Source: a virus
Reading direction: 5' to 3' (one strand)
Virus record (IMG/VR): IMGVR_UViG_3300020125_000155
Location: 1-64,000 of that record
Length of the DNA: 64,000 nucleotides
The position numbers and the translations under genes are program-made. The notes beneath the pieces were generated by a model. The model did not search any database. It was given only the letters and a program-made list of their open reading frames with translations, and was not told where the DNA came from. How positions within the stretch are numbered: position 1 is the first letter of the stretch; each line of letters starts with the position of its first letter. Positions 7,504 to 15,341 of this stretch are shown one piece after another.

Positions 7504-7950
7504 ATGCGCTACATCTACAATGACGGCGGCAGGGCCGCAAGTGACTACCAAGGCAAGGCGGGAGACTGTTGCGCCCGCGCCTTCGCCATAGCGACCGGCA
7601 GACCCTACCAAGAGGTCTACGACCTCATAAACGGACTGGCGAAGGGCGAGCGAACCGGCAAGAGAAAGCGCGGCAAGTCGAACGCCCGGACGGGGGTGTT
7701 TAAGGGAACCTCCCATAAACTAGCGTATGAGCTAGACAACCGAGTGCGCTGGGTTCCCTGCATGACTATCGGTTCCGGGTGCAAGGTCCACCTAAAGGAC
7801 GGCGAGCTACCCATGGGCCGGTTAGTGGTGAACCTCAGTAAGCACTTCGCCGCCGTGATCGACGGGGTGCTGCACGACACCTACGACTGCTCCCGGGAAG
7901 GAACCCGATGCGTGTACGGGTACTGGGACTTTACCAATCTTCGGGTATGA
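7504..7950 (+). CDS. Hypothetical protein with conserved-looking Cys/His motifs (possible papain-fold enzyme)
   Basis: 148 aa from ATG 7504 (GAGGAG 8 nt upstream). It begins MRYIYNDGGR and contains GKAGDCCARAFAIATG and HFAAVIDGVLHDTYD, followed by a strong terminator. Confidence 0.6.
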   Translation: MRYIYNDGGRAASDYQGKAGDCCARAFAIATGRPYQEVYDLINGLAKGERTGKRKRGKSNARTGVFKGTSHKLAYELDNRVRWVPCMTIGSGCKVHLKDGELPMGRLVVNLSKHFAAVIDGVLHDTYDCSREGTRCVYGYWDFTNLRV

Positions 7951-7952
7951 GA

Positions 7953-8615
7953 CTAAGCCGCCCCTTCGGGGGCGGCTTTTTCTTTGAGCCCGCCGTACTT
8001 AGCGCCTGTCCGGATACCCTCCTCCAAGACGCTCTCAATGGCGACTAGCTGGTAGCTAGGGCAAGGACTCCCAACGGCAGTGATTCGCCAGCCCTGAATT
8101 TCTAGTTCCTTGTTAGCTTGGTTTCTCATTGTGGGGATGCTGAGCCTCCGCCCCTCTGGCGGCGCGCTGTCGTAAAGCGCCTCATAAATCTCCCGAATGT
8201 TTGCCGGGGTTCTGCGCTCGAAAAGGAACCGGACTAATTGCTGCCGCCTCCAGCCGTGAACGTGGGGACACGGTTCCTTGAACGGCTTTAGGACGATCCG
8301 AGACCCCTCTACGGGGCCGAATTCCACTACCAGCTTCCGTAAATAATCGGGGCTATCGTCTGTGACCAGCTTAAGCCTTACGCAATAATCCAAGATGACT
8401 TTTACGCAATTATCTAAATCAGTTCGGGTATTATCCGAAACCATTATATGAGCTTCAAACGGCCCGATAATGGCGTTCTGCCGGTTCTGCCTAGACGCCA
8501 TGATAAGAGCGTCGGCCAACTCTATCCATTTCTTACGCTTTTTGTGTGCGGACCAGTCAATCCGCCTAACCATGTTGACGGAAAAAGGTATAGGTAAATC
8601 AAGGGTGACGGTCAT
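7953..8615 (-). CDS. rusA: RusA-like Holliday junction resolvase with ~100-aa C-terminal extension
   Basis: N-terminal LDLPIPFSVN ... DLDNCVKVILDYCV ... VTDDS matches RusA catalytic acidic motifs. At 220 aa it is far longer than the ~120 aa of RusA. Confidence 0.65.
   Translation of the reverse strand: MTVTLDLPIPFSVNMVRRIDWSAHKKRKKWIELADALIMASRQNRQNAIIGPFEAHIMVSDNTRTDLDNCVKVILDYCVRLKLVTDDSPDYLRKLVVEFGPVEGSRIVLKPFKEPCPHVHGWRRQQLVRFLFERRTPANIREIYEALYDSAPPEGRRLSIPTMRNQANKELEIQGWRITAVGSPCPSYQLVAIESVLEEGIRTGAKYGGLKEKAAPEGAA
7955..7985 (+). terminator. Rho-independent terminator
   Basis: AAGCCGCCCC-ttcg-GGGGCGGCTT followed by TTTTCTTT. It overlaps the last codons of the convergent RusA-like gene. 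Confidence 0.75.
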
Positions 8616-9088
8616 CGCGGGCGATTATACGCAATCTTGCAATGATGGTAGCAGTAGGACTCCACCCCCACTACCGGCGCGGAACAGTAGGCAAACCCTG
8701 CTTCCATCGGGTCGCCCAGCGGCCAGTGGCAGTCCAATCGGTTTAGGTCGCATAGGTCATAGGACGGGCCGGAAACCGTATTAAACGACCGCTGAGCGGC
8801 GTTCGACGGTGTGGGCATGGGAACAGGCTTGGCGAACGGCATCCCGTCAGAGCGCACGGCAGGCTTAAGCATCGTGGCTTTCGCCCGCTGCTGGTTCCTC
8901 TTCTGTTTCTCTTGAGCAACCCTAAGCACTTTCGTTCTCCGCTGCCCCACCACTCCCATACGATAAAGCTTACCTAGTATTTGACTCCTGGTGAATAAAC
9001 CACCGAAATAATTGACGATTTCCCCACCTTTTTTACCCGATAGCCATAAATTCCTAGCGACTTCGGCGTGTTCGTCTCGCATTATCAT
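8612..9088 (-). CDS. gcrA: GcrA-family cell-cycle regulator homologue
   Basis: The N-terminal HTH-like segment is ARNLWLSGKKGGEIVNYFGG-FTRSQILGKLYRMG. The C-terminal CHWPLGDP...FAYC...SYCYHHCKIAY matches the GcrA signature C-WP-GDP ... FC ... YC-H ... AY. Confidence 0.7.
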   Translation of the reverse strand: MIMRDEHAEVARNLWLSGKKGGEIVNYFGGLFTRSQILGKLYRMGVVGQRRTKVLRVAQEKQKRNQQRAKATMLKPAVRSDGMPFAKPVPMPTPSNAAQRSFNTVSGPSYDLCDLNRLDCHWPLGDPMEAGFAYCSAPVVGVESYCYHHCKIAYNRPR

Positions 9089-9137
9089 TGGCTTCCCCTA
9101 TTGACTGTGAGTCGTCTGTCCGTTACTTGTACGCCTC

Positions 9138-9386
9138 ATGCCCGCCGTTGGCAAGTTCGGTCTTACTGAATCCCAATCAAAGGCCCTAGCGTTTATCGAA
9201 CGCTATCACCTTGAGCATGGCTATTCACCATCAATGGCGGATATCGCCAAGGGGATAGGCGGCACAAGTCGGGGCGCGATTCATCGGCTTCTTGTGGCTT
9301 TAGAGGAGCGCGGGCGAATCAGACGACTCCACAACAGGGCGCGGGCGATAGAGGTAATTTATGGCTCTGACTCAGGCACAACTTAA
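9138..9386 (+). CDS. LexA-type winged-helix DNA-binding domain protein (no S24 peptidase domain)
   Basis: LTESQSKALAFIERYHLEHGYSPSMADIAKGIGGTSRGAIHRLLVALEERGRIRR...RAIEV parallels the LexA N-terminal domain. It is only 82 aa, is divergent from the gcrA-like gene, and has no SD before the ATG. Confidence 0.6.
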   Translation: MPAVGKFGLTESQSKALAFIERYHLEHGYSPSMADIAKGIGGTSRGAIHRLLVALEERGRIRRLHNRARAIEVIYGSDSGTT

Positions 9387-10146
9387 GGCCCGGGAAGGCA
9401 AATTGACGGGTTCGCAAATGAATATCGTCATGTCCGGTAATGAAACGAAAATCCTAAACCTCTGGCGCGAGCTTGTGGGTGATCCTCGTTATACCCCGGA
9501 CGATCTTTCTAAGGTGTGGCCGGTCAGGCTGGGGGAGGCCACCGAGGCGCTTAATTTGGAATGGTATGCCTTAAAGCACGGACCCGTAACCCGCATGGGC
9601 GAGGTCGTAACCGATGGCTGGAAGGCTGTAACCCTGGACGGCTGGGATGAGAAGCAGGGTATTCCGGTAGAGTGCAAGTGTGTGAACGGGCGCGCGGCAA
9701 TGCCGGATATTATTGCCCGTTATGCCCCACAAACCCACTGGCAGATGATCGTTACCAAGGCCCAGCAATGCGCCCTTTCGGTAATAATCGGCGGGGCGGA
9801 ACCCATCGTGGAACTTATCCCATACGATAAAGGATATGCGGAAAAGCTAATCGAGCAGGGCAGGGCGTTCCTTGATTCGGTCGAATCACTCACCCCGCCT
9901 GTAGACATGCCGTCTCCCGCCGCCCCTCCGCCACTGCCGGTCAAAGAATACGATATGGCGAGCAGCAATGCGTGGGGGAACTACGCAACAATTTGGCTCC
10001 GGGCATGGAGTGAGGCGGAGCAATTCGATCTAGCGTGTAGGGAGCTAAAACTATTGGTCCCCCCAGACGCCAAGACCGCCTTCGGGCATGGCATTACCGC
10101 GTCACGCAACCGCGCTGGCGCTATTTCAATTAAGGAGACCAAGTGA
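9361..10146 (+). CDS. YqaJ/lambda-Exo-like recombination exonuclease
   Basis: LTGSQMNIVM, EATEALNLEWY, and the PD-(D/E)xK-like DGWD...IPVECK. AGAGG RBS. Confidence 0.7.
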   Translation: MALTQAQLKAREGKLTGSQMNIVMSGNETKILNLWRELVGDPRYTPDDLSKVWPVRLGEATEALNLEWYALKHGPVTRMGEVVTDGWKAVTLDGWDEKQGIPVECKCVNGRAAMPDIIARYAPQTHWQMIVTKAQQCALSVIIGGAEPIVELIPYDKGYAEKLIEQGRAFLDSVESLTPPVDMPSPAAPPPLPVKEYDMASSNAWGNYATIWLRAWSEAEQFDLACRELKLLVPPDAKTAFGHGITASRNRAGAISIKETK

Positions 10147-10598
10147 AAACAACTCCTGTAATGGCGCGGGTTCTAGCTGCGGTAGAGGATGGTCCTATGG
10201 GTCCGTTTCTTTCGCGATGTTGGGTTTGGCGTCGGCATATATCACCAAACGGATACGGGATAATCGGCGTGAAGATTGGCGACGGTTGGCAAAACAAACA
10301 AGCTCACCGTGTTAGCTACGAGAGTTTTATTGGCCCAATCCCAAGCGGGTTAGACTTAGACCATCTTTGTCGGGATCGCCGCTGCGTTAACCCGAACCAT
10401 CTTGACCCCGTAACCCGCTCCGAAAATCTGAAACGCAGTCCGTTGATGAACCGGCAGGGGCACAAAACACACTGCCCCCGGGGCCATCCGTATTCTGGCG
10501 TTAACAGTCGCGGTGGGCGTTTCTGTCATAAATGCGCCGCCGCAACAGCACTCAAATCATACCACAGGAGAAAGCATGACCGTCCCCGTCAAGCATAA
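10143..10598 (+). CDS. HNH homing endonuclease (free-standing)
   Basis: GYG...QAHRVSYESFIGPIPSGLDLDHLCRDRRCVNPNHLDPVTRSEN, plus a C-terminal Cys/His cluster. GTG start with an AAGGAG RBS. It is inserted between the exonuclease and annealase genes. Confidence 0.8.
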   Translation: MKTTPVMARVLAAVEDGPMGPFLSRCWVWRRHISPNGYGIIGVKIGDGWQNKQAHRVSYESFIGPIPSGLDLDHLCRDRRCVNPNHLDPVTRSENLKRSPLMNRQGHKTHCPRGHPYSGVNSRGGRFCHKCAAATALKSYHRRKHDRPRQA

Positions 10599-11598
10599 CG
10601 CAGCACCAGCACCCACGGCGATTGAGGATGTAATCACAAAGGGCGACTTGTCGAAGCTTACCGCCGAGCAGCGCACCGAGTATTACGTTAAACTTTGCAA
10701 TTCTCTCAGCCTCAATCCATTAACACAGCCGTTCGATTGGCTTGTCCTAAACGGTCGTCTCCAGCTTTACGCGAACCGCCGATGTGCAGACCAGTTGCGA
10801 AAGATTAACGGTATTAACATTAACATTGTTTCACAAGAACAAGCGGACGGCTTACTCACAATCCATGTTAAAGCCAAAGACAAAGACGGGCGTGAGGATG
10901 AGGATTTAGGTGTTGTTTCCCTCCCCGAAACCCTAAAGGGCGAGGGGCGCGCAAACGCAATCTTGAAAGCCGTCACGAAAGCAAAGCGCCGGGTCACGCT
11001 CTCGATTGGCGGGCTAGGCTTCCTAGACGAAACTGAAATAGAAGATATACCGGCGCGGGCGAAGCAAGAGGCCATTACACCCGCTATCGCGCCGCCTACG
11101 CCCGCCGCCGCCGCATTGATCGAGGCGACAAAGGCGCAAGAGCCGCCGCCGCCCTCCACCGATGGCGGGGAGCCCCGGGAGGTCGTGCTAGGCGATTCGC
11201 CCGACTGGATATGGTTCGGCCAAACGATGATTGCTTTAGCCCCGGGCCCGCTATGGCAACAGTGGAGTGAGGCCAATCTTAACAACTTTAAGCGCATGGA
11301 GAACGAGGCACCCAAGGTTTACACGCGGATGATGGCGGCGGTTAAGAAGGCTCTAGGCGCGAAGCCTGAGAAAGCGCCAGCGAAGAAAGCCGCCAAGGCG
11401 CAAAAGGCGCAGCCCGAGTTGAAGGATGACCCGGAGCAATATCTTAAATGGCTGGAGGAACGCTGCAAGGCGGAACAGAACAACAGCACGACCGACTACT
11501 TTGAGTTCGCCAAGAGTCAAGGCGCGATTATTGCCGCAGGCTTTCCACCAGATCAGGCGGCGGCAAACGACATCATTAAGAAGCACGCTCCGCAATGA
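10576..11598 (+). CDS. Single-strand annealing protein (Red-beta/RecT superfamily-like)
   Basis: 340 aa from ATG 10576 (AGGAGA RBS). LSLNPLTQPF...GRLQLYA and AILKAVTKAKRRVTLSI resemble SSAP core motifs. It sits in context with the YqaJ exonuclease and has a low-complexity Pro/Ala/Lys C-terminus. Confidence 0.55.
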   Translation: MTVPVKHNAAPAPTAIEDVITKGDLSKLTAEQRTEYYVKLCNSLSLNPLTQPFDWLVLNGRLQLYANRRCADQLRKINGININIVSQEQADGLLTIHVKAKDKDGREDEDLGVVSLPETLKGEGRANAILKAVTKAKRRVTLSIGGLGFLDETEIEDIPARAKQEAITPAIAPPTPAAAALIEATKAQEPPPPSTDGGEPREVVLGDSPDWIWFGQTMIALAPGPLWQQWSEANLNNFKRMENEAPKVYTRMMAAVKKALGAKPEKAPAKKAAKAQKAQPELKDDPEQYLKWLEERCKAEQNNSTTDYFEFAKSQGAIIAAGFPPDQAAANDIIKKHAPQ

Positions 11599-12026
11599 TC
11601 GAAATAGCCGTTCTCAAACGCAAATCCAAATACGCGGGCGAGACCGGCTTATTCGCCGTCGATCAGGTGGCGGACGATGAGATTAAGCGGATGCCAAACG
11701 ATGAGGCTCCGTTGTGGGCGGAGATAACCACTCCGCAGAATATCAAGTTACTACGTTTGCTTTGGGCCGTGGCGCAAAAGCTCGCAGACGGCGGATTATA
11801 CCAAGACAAAGACGAGGCGATGATTGACCTCAAGATTCGCGCCCGTCATGCTCAGTTCGCGGTGGAAAAGGGACGCACGGTAATTGTACCGCGCACACTC
11901 AGCCGCATGGGTCGCGCCGCTCTTAGCAGACTTGCCGATAGGTTCATTTTCATTGTGTGCCAAGACCTCCTCCCGGGCATGGAGGAAAGTGCGTTTCGGG
12001 CGGAGCTAGAGGAAATGTTAGGATGA
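11595..12026 (+). CDS. Hypothetical protein (143 aa)
   Basis: ATGA-coupled to both neighbours. No family recognised. Confidence 0.6.
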   Translation: MIEIAVLKRKSKYAGETGLFAVDQVADDEIKRMPNDEAPLWAEITTPQNIKLLRLLWAVAQKLADGGLYQDKDEAMIDLKIRARHAQFAVEKGRTVIVPRTLSRMGRAALSRLADRFIFIVCQDLLPGMEESAFRAELEEMLG

Positions 12027-12430
12027 ACTCCTGCGCCTATCCACACTGCGGTTGTCCCGTTTCTTTTCCGAAAGGCTATAAACCTAGCGATGCCACGGAA
12101 TGTCCGATGACATGCCATTTAGACTTTATCCGCTCGCTACCCTGCCTCAAATGCGGGAAGGCCCCGAGTGAAGCGGCGCATGTGCGCTACTCGGATGCTA
12201 GAGCGGCGAAGGTCAATCCTGGTTTCGGTGCGAAACCCGAAGATCGCTGGTCCGTTCCGCTATGCGCCTCTTGTCACCGTGGCCTCAAAGGACAGCACAG
12301 CAGGGGGGAATATAAATTTTGGACTGAAACGGGCATTGATCCAATTTTTATAGCCCTTGCATTATGGGGGGTTACAGGGAGTTACGAAGATGGCTGTCAA
12401 ATCGTCAGACACGCCTATTTCCACTCGTAA
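12023..12430 (+). CDS. Cys/His zinc-finger nuclease-like protein (DUF968-like)
   Basis: 135 aa from ATG 12023. LPCLKCGK...AAHV...GFGAKPEDRWSVPLCASCHRGLKGQH resembles the phage DUF968/Ref-type HNH-like motif. Confidence 0.5.
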   Translation: MNSCAYPHCGCPVSFPKGYKPSDATECPMTCHLDFIRSLPCLKCGKAPSEAAHVRYSDARAAKVNPGFGAKPEDRWSVPLCASCHRGLKGQHSRGEYKFWTETGIDPIFIALALWGVTGSYEDGCQIVRHAYFHS

Positions 12431-12992
12431 ATGTGCGCGTTGTGGGCGGCTGTTTTCAAAAGACAGACGATATTCACAAGCACAATGGGACGAGCAGAGT
12501 TATTGCAGCCACCATTGTGCTAGATACGCGCGCTGCGAAAAACCGATATTGCCGCTATTCTTTAACCAAATCCGGGTCGACCCAATTACAAAGTGTTGGA
12601 TTTGGACCGGCCCCACAGATGAGAAGGGTTACGGGCTAGTCACAGTAAACCAAAAAACGAATCGGACTCATCGCGCGCTATTCTCCATCACTGTGTCAGA
12701 CATACCAAAGGGGATGAAAGTTTTGCATCGCTGCGACGTTCCTGCGTGCTGCAACCCCTATCATCTATTTTTAGGCACGGTGAAGGACAATGCCGACGAT
12801 ATGATGATGAAGGGACGAGGAGCGGAGTTAAAGGGAACTGAGGTTTGGAACGCGCGATTAACTGAAGCAGAGGTTTTAGCCATTCGTGCCGACTCTAGAA
12901 CGCAAGAAGAAATAGCCGCTACTTACCAAATTGCCCAAACTACGGTTTCGGCCATTAAGCGGCGCGCTAACTGGGGTCACTTGCCGGATTGA
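12390..12992 (+). CDS. HNH homing endonuclease with C-terminal HTH
   Basis: CWIWTGPTDEKGYG...HRALF...GMKVLHRCDVPACCNPYHLFLGTVKDN, with a C-terminal QEEIAATYQIAQTTVSAIKRR helix-turn-helix. Confidence 0.75.
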   Translation: MAVKSSDTPISTRKCARCGRLFSKDRRYSQAQWDEQSYCSHHCARYARCEKPILPLFFNQIRVDPITKCWIWTGPTDEKGYGLVTVNQKTNRTHRALFSITVSDIPKGMKVLHRCDVPACCNPYHLFLGTVKDNADDMMMKGRGAELKGTEVWNARLTEAEVLAIRADSRTQEEIAATYQIAQTTVSAIKRRANWGHLPD

Positions 12993-13003
12993 CAGCCCCT
13001 TAA

Positions 13004-13028
13004 CACTGTAGTATGAGGCTCTACAGTG
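13004..13028. other. 8-bp stem hairpin upstream of integrase gene
   Basis: CACTGTAG-tatgaggct-CTACAGTG. It is similar in shape to GCGTGTAG-cacgttttc-CTACACGC at 7131-7155. Confidence 0.25.
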
Positions 13029-13038
13029 GGAATAACCA

Positions 13039-13992
13039 ATGAACCTCTCCGCCCTCATCGAGTCGTACCGGACTGATAAGGTCTCGCCCTATCAGAAGGT
13101 CCGGTATCGGTCCCAGAAGCACTATGATTCGTTGCTTCGGGTAATCGAGCAAAGCGACCACAGGGAGGTAGGGGTGCTAAAGAACCGCGACCTCCTGGAG
13201 CTTCATGCCGACTGGTCCGCTAGGGGTATCTCCATGGCCCATAGCCTTATGACCATGCTCCGGACGCTGGCGAGCTATGGTTCCTCAGTCTTGGAGGATG
13301 ACGACTGTGCGAGGCTTTCTGCCCGTTTACGGGGCATGAAATTTGAGAACGGCAAGCCCCGGGTCTCCCGTATTACCAGAGAGCAAGTAATTGCCGTGCG
13401 CCGTCAGGCCCGTCTTATGGGACTGGGCTCTGTAGCCTTAGCCCAAGCCTTCCAATTCGATCTTATGCTTAGGCAAGGGGACGTAATCGGCCAATGGGAA
13501 CCGGAGCGGTTAGGGGCCGAATCGGACGTGCGCTGGCGCGGGGAGGTCTGGGTAAGGGGTCTCCGGTTTGAGGAGATATCGGCACAAATCTTGCGTCACG
13601 TCACCAGTAAGAGGGGCAAGGCAATCGAAGCCGATTTGAGCCTTGCGGGGATGGTACTGGAGGAACTTGATTATGTGTGGCCCATATACAAGCGCCCGGA
13701 ACGCGGTCCTATCGTTATATGCGAAAGAACGGGGTTCCCTTGGCAATCTCACTCGTTCCGTTCTGAGTGGCGTAAGGTCGCCCGCGCTGCGGGTATTCCT
13801 GATAGCGTGTATAGTATGGATTCTCGCGCTGGTGCTATTAGCGAAGCTACTGACTTGGGGATTCCAACGGAGCTAGTCCGCCACGCGGCTACGCACTCCA
13901 ACGCGACCACGACCGAACGCTACAGCCGGGGCGCGGCGGATAAGGTGCGTGAGGTCCAGAGGATCAGAGCGAACGCGGCTATTGGGGGTTAG
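13039..13992 (+). CDS. int: Tyrosine recombinase / phage integrase
   Basis: 317 aa. The C-terminal catalytic region has HSFRSEW (H-x-x-R) and HATHSNATTTERYSRG (His ... Tyr nucleophile). Confidence 0.85.
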   Translation: MNLSALIESYRTDKVSPYQKVRYRSQKHYDSLLRVIEQSDHREVGVLKNRDLLELHADWSARGISMAHSLMTMLRTLASYGSSVLEDDDCARLSARLRGMKFENGKPRVSRITREQVIAVRRQARLMGLGSVALAQAFQFDLMLRQGDVIGQWEPERLGAESDVRWRGEVWVRGLRFEEISAQILRHVTSKRGKAIEADLSLAGMVLEELDYVWPIYKRPERGPIVICERTGFPWQSHSFRSEWRKVARAAGIPDSVYSMDSRAGAISEATDLGIPTELVRHAATHSNATTTERYSRGAADKVREVQRIRANAAIGG

Positions 13993-13994
13993 CT

Positions 13995-14102
13995 ATGGCT
14001 TGTAACTGTCAGTTTCTTGCTGGTGCGATTACTGGCTTTCTAATCTGCGCTCTCAGCGTTTGCTTGTTTAAGATTGGGCGCTGGTTTGTGGCGGATCACT
14101 AA
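13995..14102 (+). CDS. Single-TM micro-protein (35 aa)
   Basis: MACNCQFLAGAITGFLICALSVCLFKIGRWFVADH, with GGGGG 6 nt upstream. Below the ORF-track size cutoff. Confidence 0.3.
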   Translation: MACNCQFLAGAITGFLICALSVCLFKIGRWFVADH

Positions 14103-14109
14103 GGAGAGG

Positions 14110-14265
14110 TTAATGACGTTCCCGACGCTTCAGTTCTCGTTCTACAGCCACACGAACGAAATCCGTCCGATCCTCGCCTTCGGTCAGAACAGCCTCAATC
14201 CGCTCAAAGGTTCCTTTGGGGAACCGCGCCTGCATATCCTCGGCCCATTGTTTCTTGCGTCCCAT
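14110..14265 (-). CDS. Ribbon-helix-helix (CopG/Arc-type) repressor candidate, 51 aa
   Basis: Hand translation gives MGRKKQWAEDMQARFPKGTFERIEAVLTEGEDRTDFVRVAVERELKRRERH. This has an RHH beta-strand plus two helices. It is divergent from the early operon and adjacent to palindromic operators. Not in the ORF track (under 60 aa). Confidence 0.6.
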   Translation of the reverse strand: MGRKKQWAEDMQARFPKGTFERIEAVLTEGEDRTDFVRVAVERELKRRERH

Positions 14266-14270
14266 TTATT

Positions 14271-14307
14271 TCTCATATGAGGTATTGACGCAATAAGTCA
14301 TATGAGA
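14271..14307. promoter_or_regulatory. Two palindromic operators (TCTCATATGA / TCATATGAGA) bracketing a TTGACG -35 box
   Basis: The self-complementary core TCATATGA occurs at 14272-14279 and 14298-14305, 26 bp centre to centre. TTGACG is at 14285-14290 and GATAAT at 14306-14311 (15-nt spacer). Confidence 0.55.
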
Positions 14308-14345
14308 TAATGGAACAAAGGTCAAGGCAAGAACGGAGAGGCGCA

Positions 14346-14696
14346 ATGAGCATTCCAGAAGCCCTAATGGCAGCACGGCCCTACGTTGAATGCTGCACCG
14401 AGCCGCACGGCAATGACGGCGCATCCAAAGCTCTAAAAGAAATGGACAAAGCGGCGAGCGACCATAGAAAGATTGTGAATGCCCTGCAGGCCCTGCGGGA
14501 GCTAGTCGAAGTCTGCGAGTACGTCAAACCGTTCGCAGGAGCGGTTGCGGTAAAAGCATCCGTAAAGGACATTCGGCAAGCGGGCCGCTTTGTGAAAGCT
14601 GTGGAACGGGCGAAAGCGACAATCACCCGTAAAGAATGTACCGATGATCTTTGTCCGCATTGCGGGGCCGCCTGGAAAGACCATTACTGTCCATAA
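14346..14696 (+). CDS. First early-operon protein (116 aa), C-terminal Cys cluster
   Basis: ATG 14346 preceded by GGAGAGG; the track start at 14310 abuts the -10 box. The protein ends CTDDLCPHCGAAWKDHYCP. Confidence 0.55.
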   Translation: MSIPEALMAARPYVECCTEPHGNDGASKALKEMDKAASDHRKIVNALQALRELVEVCEYVKPFAGAVAVKASVKDIRQAGRFVKAVERAKATITRKECTDDLCPHCGAAWKDHYCP

Positions 14697-14753
14697 CGAA
14701 CAAACTGGCGCGCACGCCTATGTCGTCAATGACTTAGCATAGGGATTAACGCA

Positions 14754-14843
14754 ATGGAGGGCCTGCTCGTACTCATTCTAATCGGTGTGGTGGTGGCCGT
14801 GTTTTTCTCGTTTCTGGCTCTTATGGGCAGTCGGATTAAATAA
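14754..14843 (+). CDS. Single-TM micro-protein (29 aa)
   Basis: MEGLLVLILIGVVVAVFFSFLALMGSRIK, with AGGGA 8 nt upstream. Confidence 0.3.
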   Translation: MEGLLVLILIGVVVAVFFSFLALMGSRIK

Positions 14844-14860
14844 GGAAGGTGGTTCATCTG

Positions 14861-15043
14861 ATGAAACTCAAAGCGAGCATGGTTCCGCATTCCAGTGTGG
14901 TTGGATCATCCATCAAGATTCAGGATGAAACCGGACAGATCGTCGCCATGCTTGCGATTTTGGTTCCCAATCCGGCGCTCGACTACAAATCAATCGCAAA
15001 AGCCGTTGGCGAGGCTGTCTGCGCGTCACTAAGGGGAGAGTAA
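14861..15043 (+). CDS. Hypothetical protein (60 aa)
   Basis: ATG 14861 after AAGGAAGGTGG. MKLKASMVPHSSVVGSSIKIQDETGQIVAML... Confidence 0.5.
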   Translation: MKLKASMVPHSSVVGSSIKIQDETGQIVAMLAILVPNPALDYKSIAKAVGEAVCASLRGE

Positions 15044-15134
15044 TGCGGACCGTGACCTATACCAATCTTCTAGGGGAAACCGTCACGGCCCCTGTGCGCG
15101 GCAAGCAATTATTGGGGAGTTAGGCGAGGAACCG

Positions 15135-15221
15135 ATGACCGCAGAAGGTTGGGCTTTAGTTACGTTGGTTGTTCTCGTCCTCGCCGCTTACTGCGTGTGG
15201 GGATGGATAGCAACTCGATGA
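15135..15221 (+). CDS. Single-TM micro-protein (28 aa)
   Basis: MTAEGWALVTLVVLVLAAYCVWGWIATR, with GAGGAA upstream. Confidence 0.3.
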   Translation: MTAEGWALVTLVVLVLAAYCVWGWIATR

Positions 15222-15234
15222 TGGTGAGTGACCT

Positions 15235-15327
15235 ATGAGCCTTGAACAAACACTCGGCTGGATCATGGTTTGCCTGTTGGCTCTTGCTCCGATTTTGGGC
15301 TGGTTGCTGGCAGAGTATTGGCGATAA
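15235..15327 (+). CDS. Single-TM micro-protein (30 aa)
   Basis: MSLEQTLGWIMVCLLALAPILGWLLAEYWR, with GGTGAG upstream. Confidence 0.3.
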   Translation: MSLEQTLGWIMVCLLALAPILGWLLAEYWR

Positions 15328-15341
15328 TGGGGGAGTTAGTC

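Noticed and set aside
9089-9137. LexA/SOS box in the divergent gcrA-like / LexA-like promoter region
   Set aside because: I could find neither the E. coli type CTGT-N8-ACAG nor the alphaproteobacterial GTTC-N7-GTTC (or GAAC-N7-GAAC). There is only a TTGACT -35-like hexamer and CTGT direct repeats.
13993-14110. attP core or tRNA-derived sequence next to the integrase
   Set aside because: No tRNA-like T-arm or acceptor sequence and no obvious direct repeats are visible. Without the bacterial attB or prophage ends the site cannot be located.
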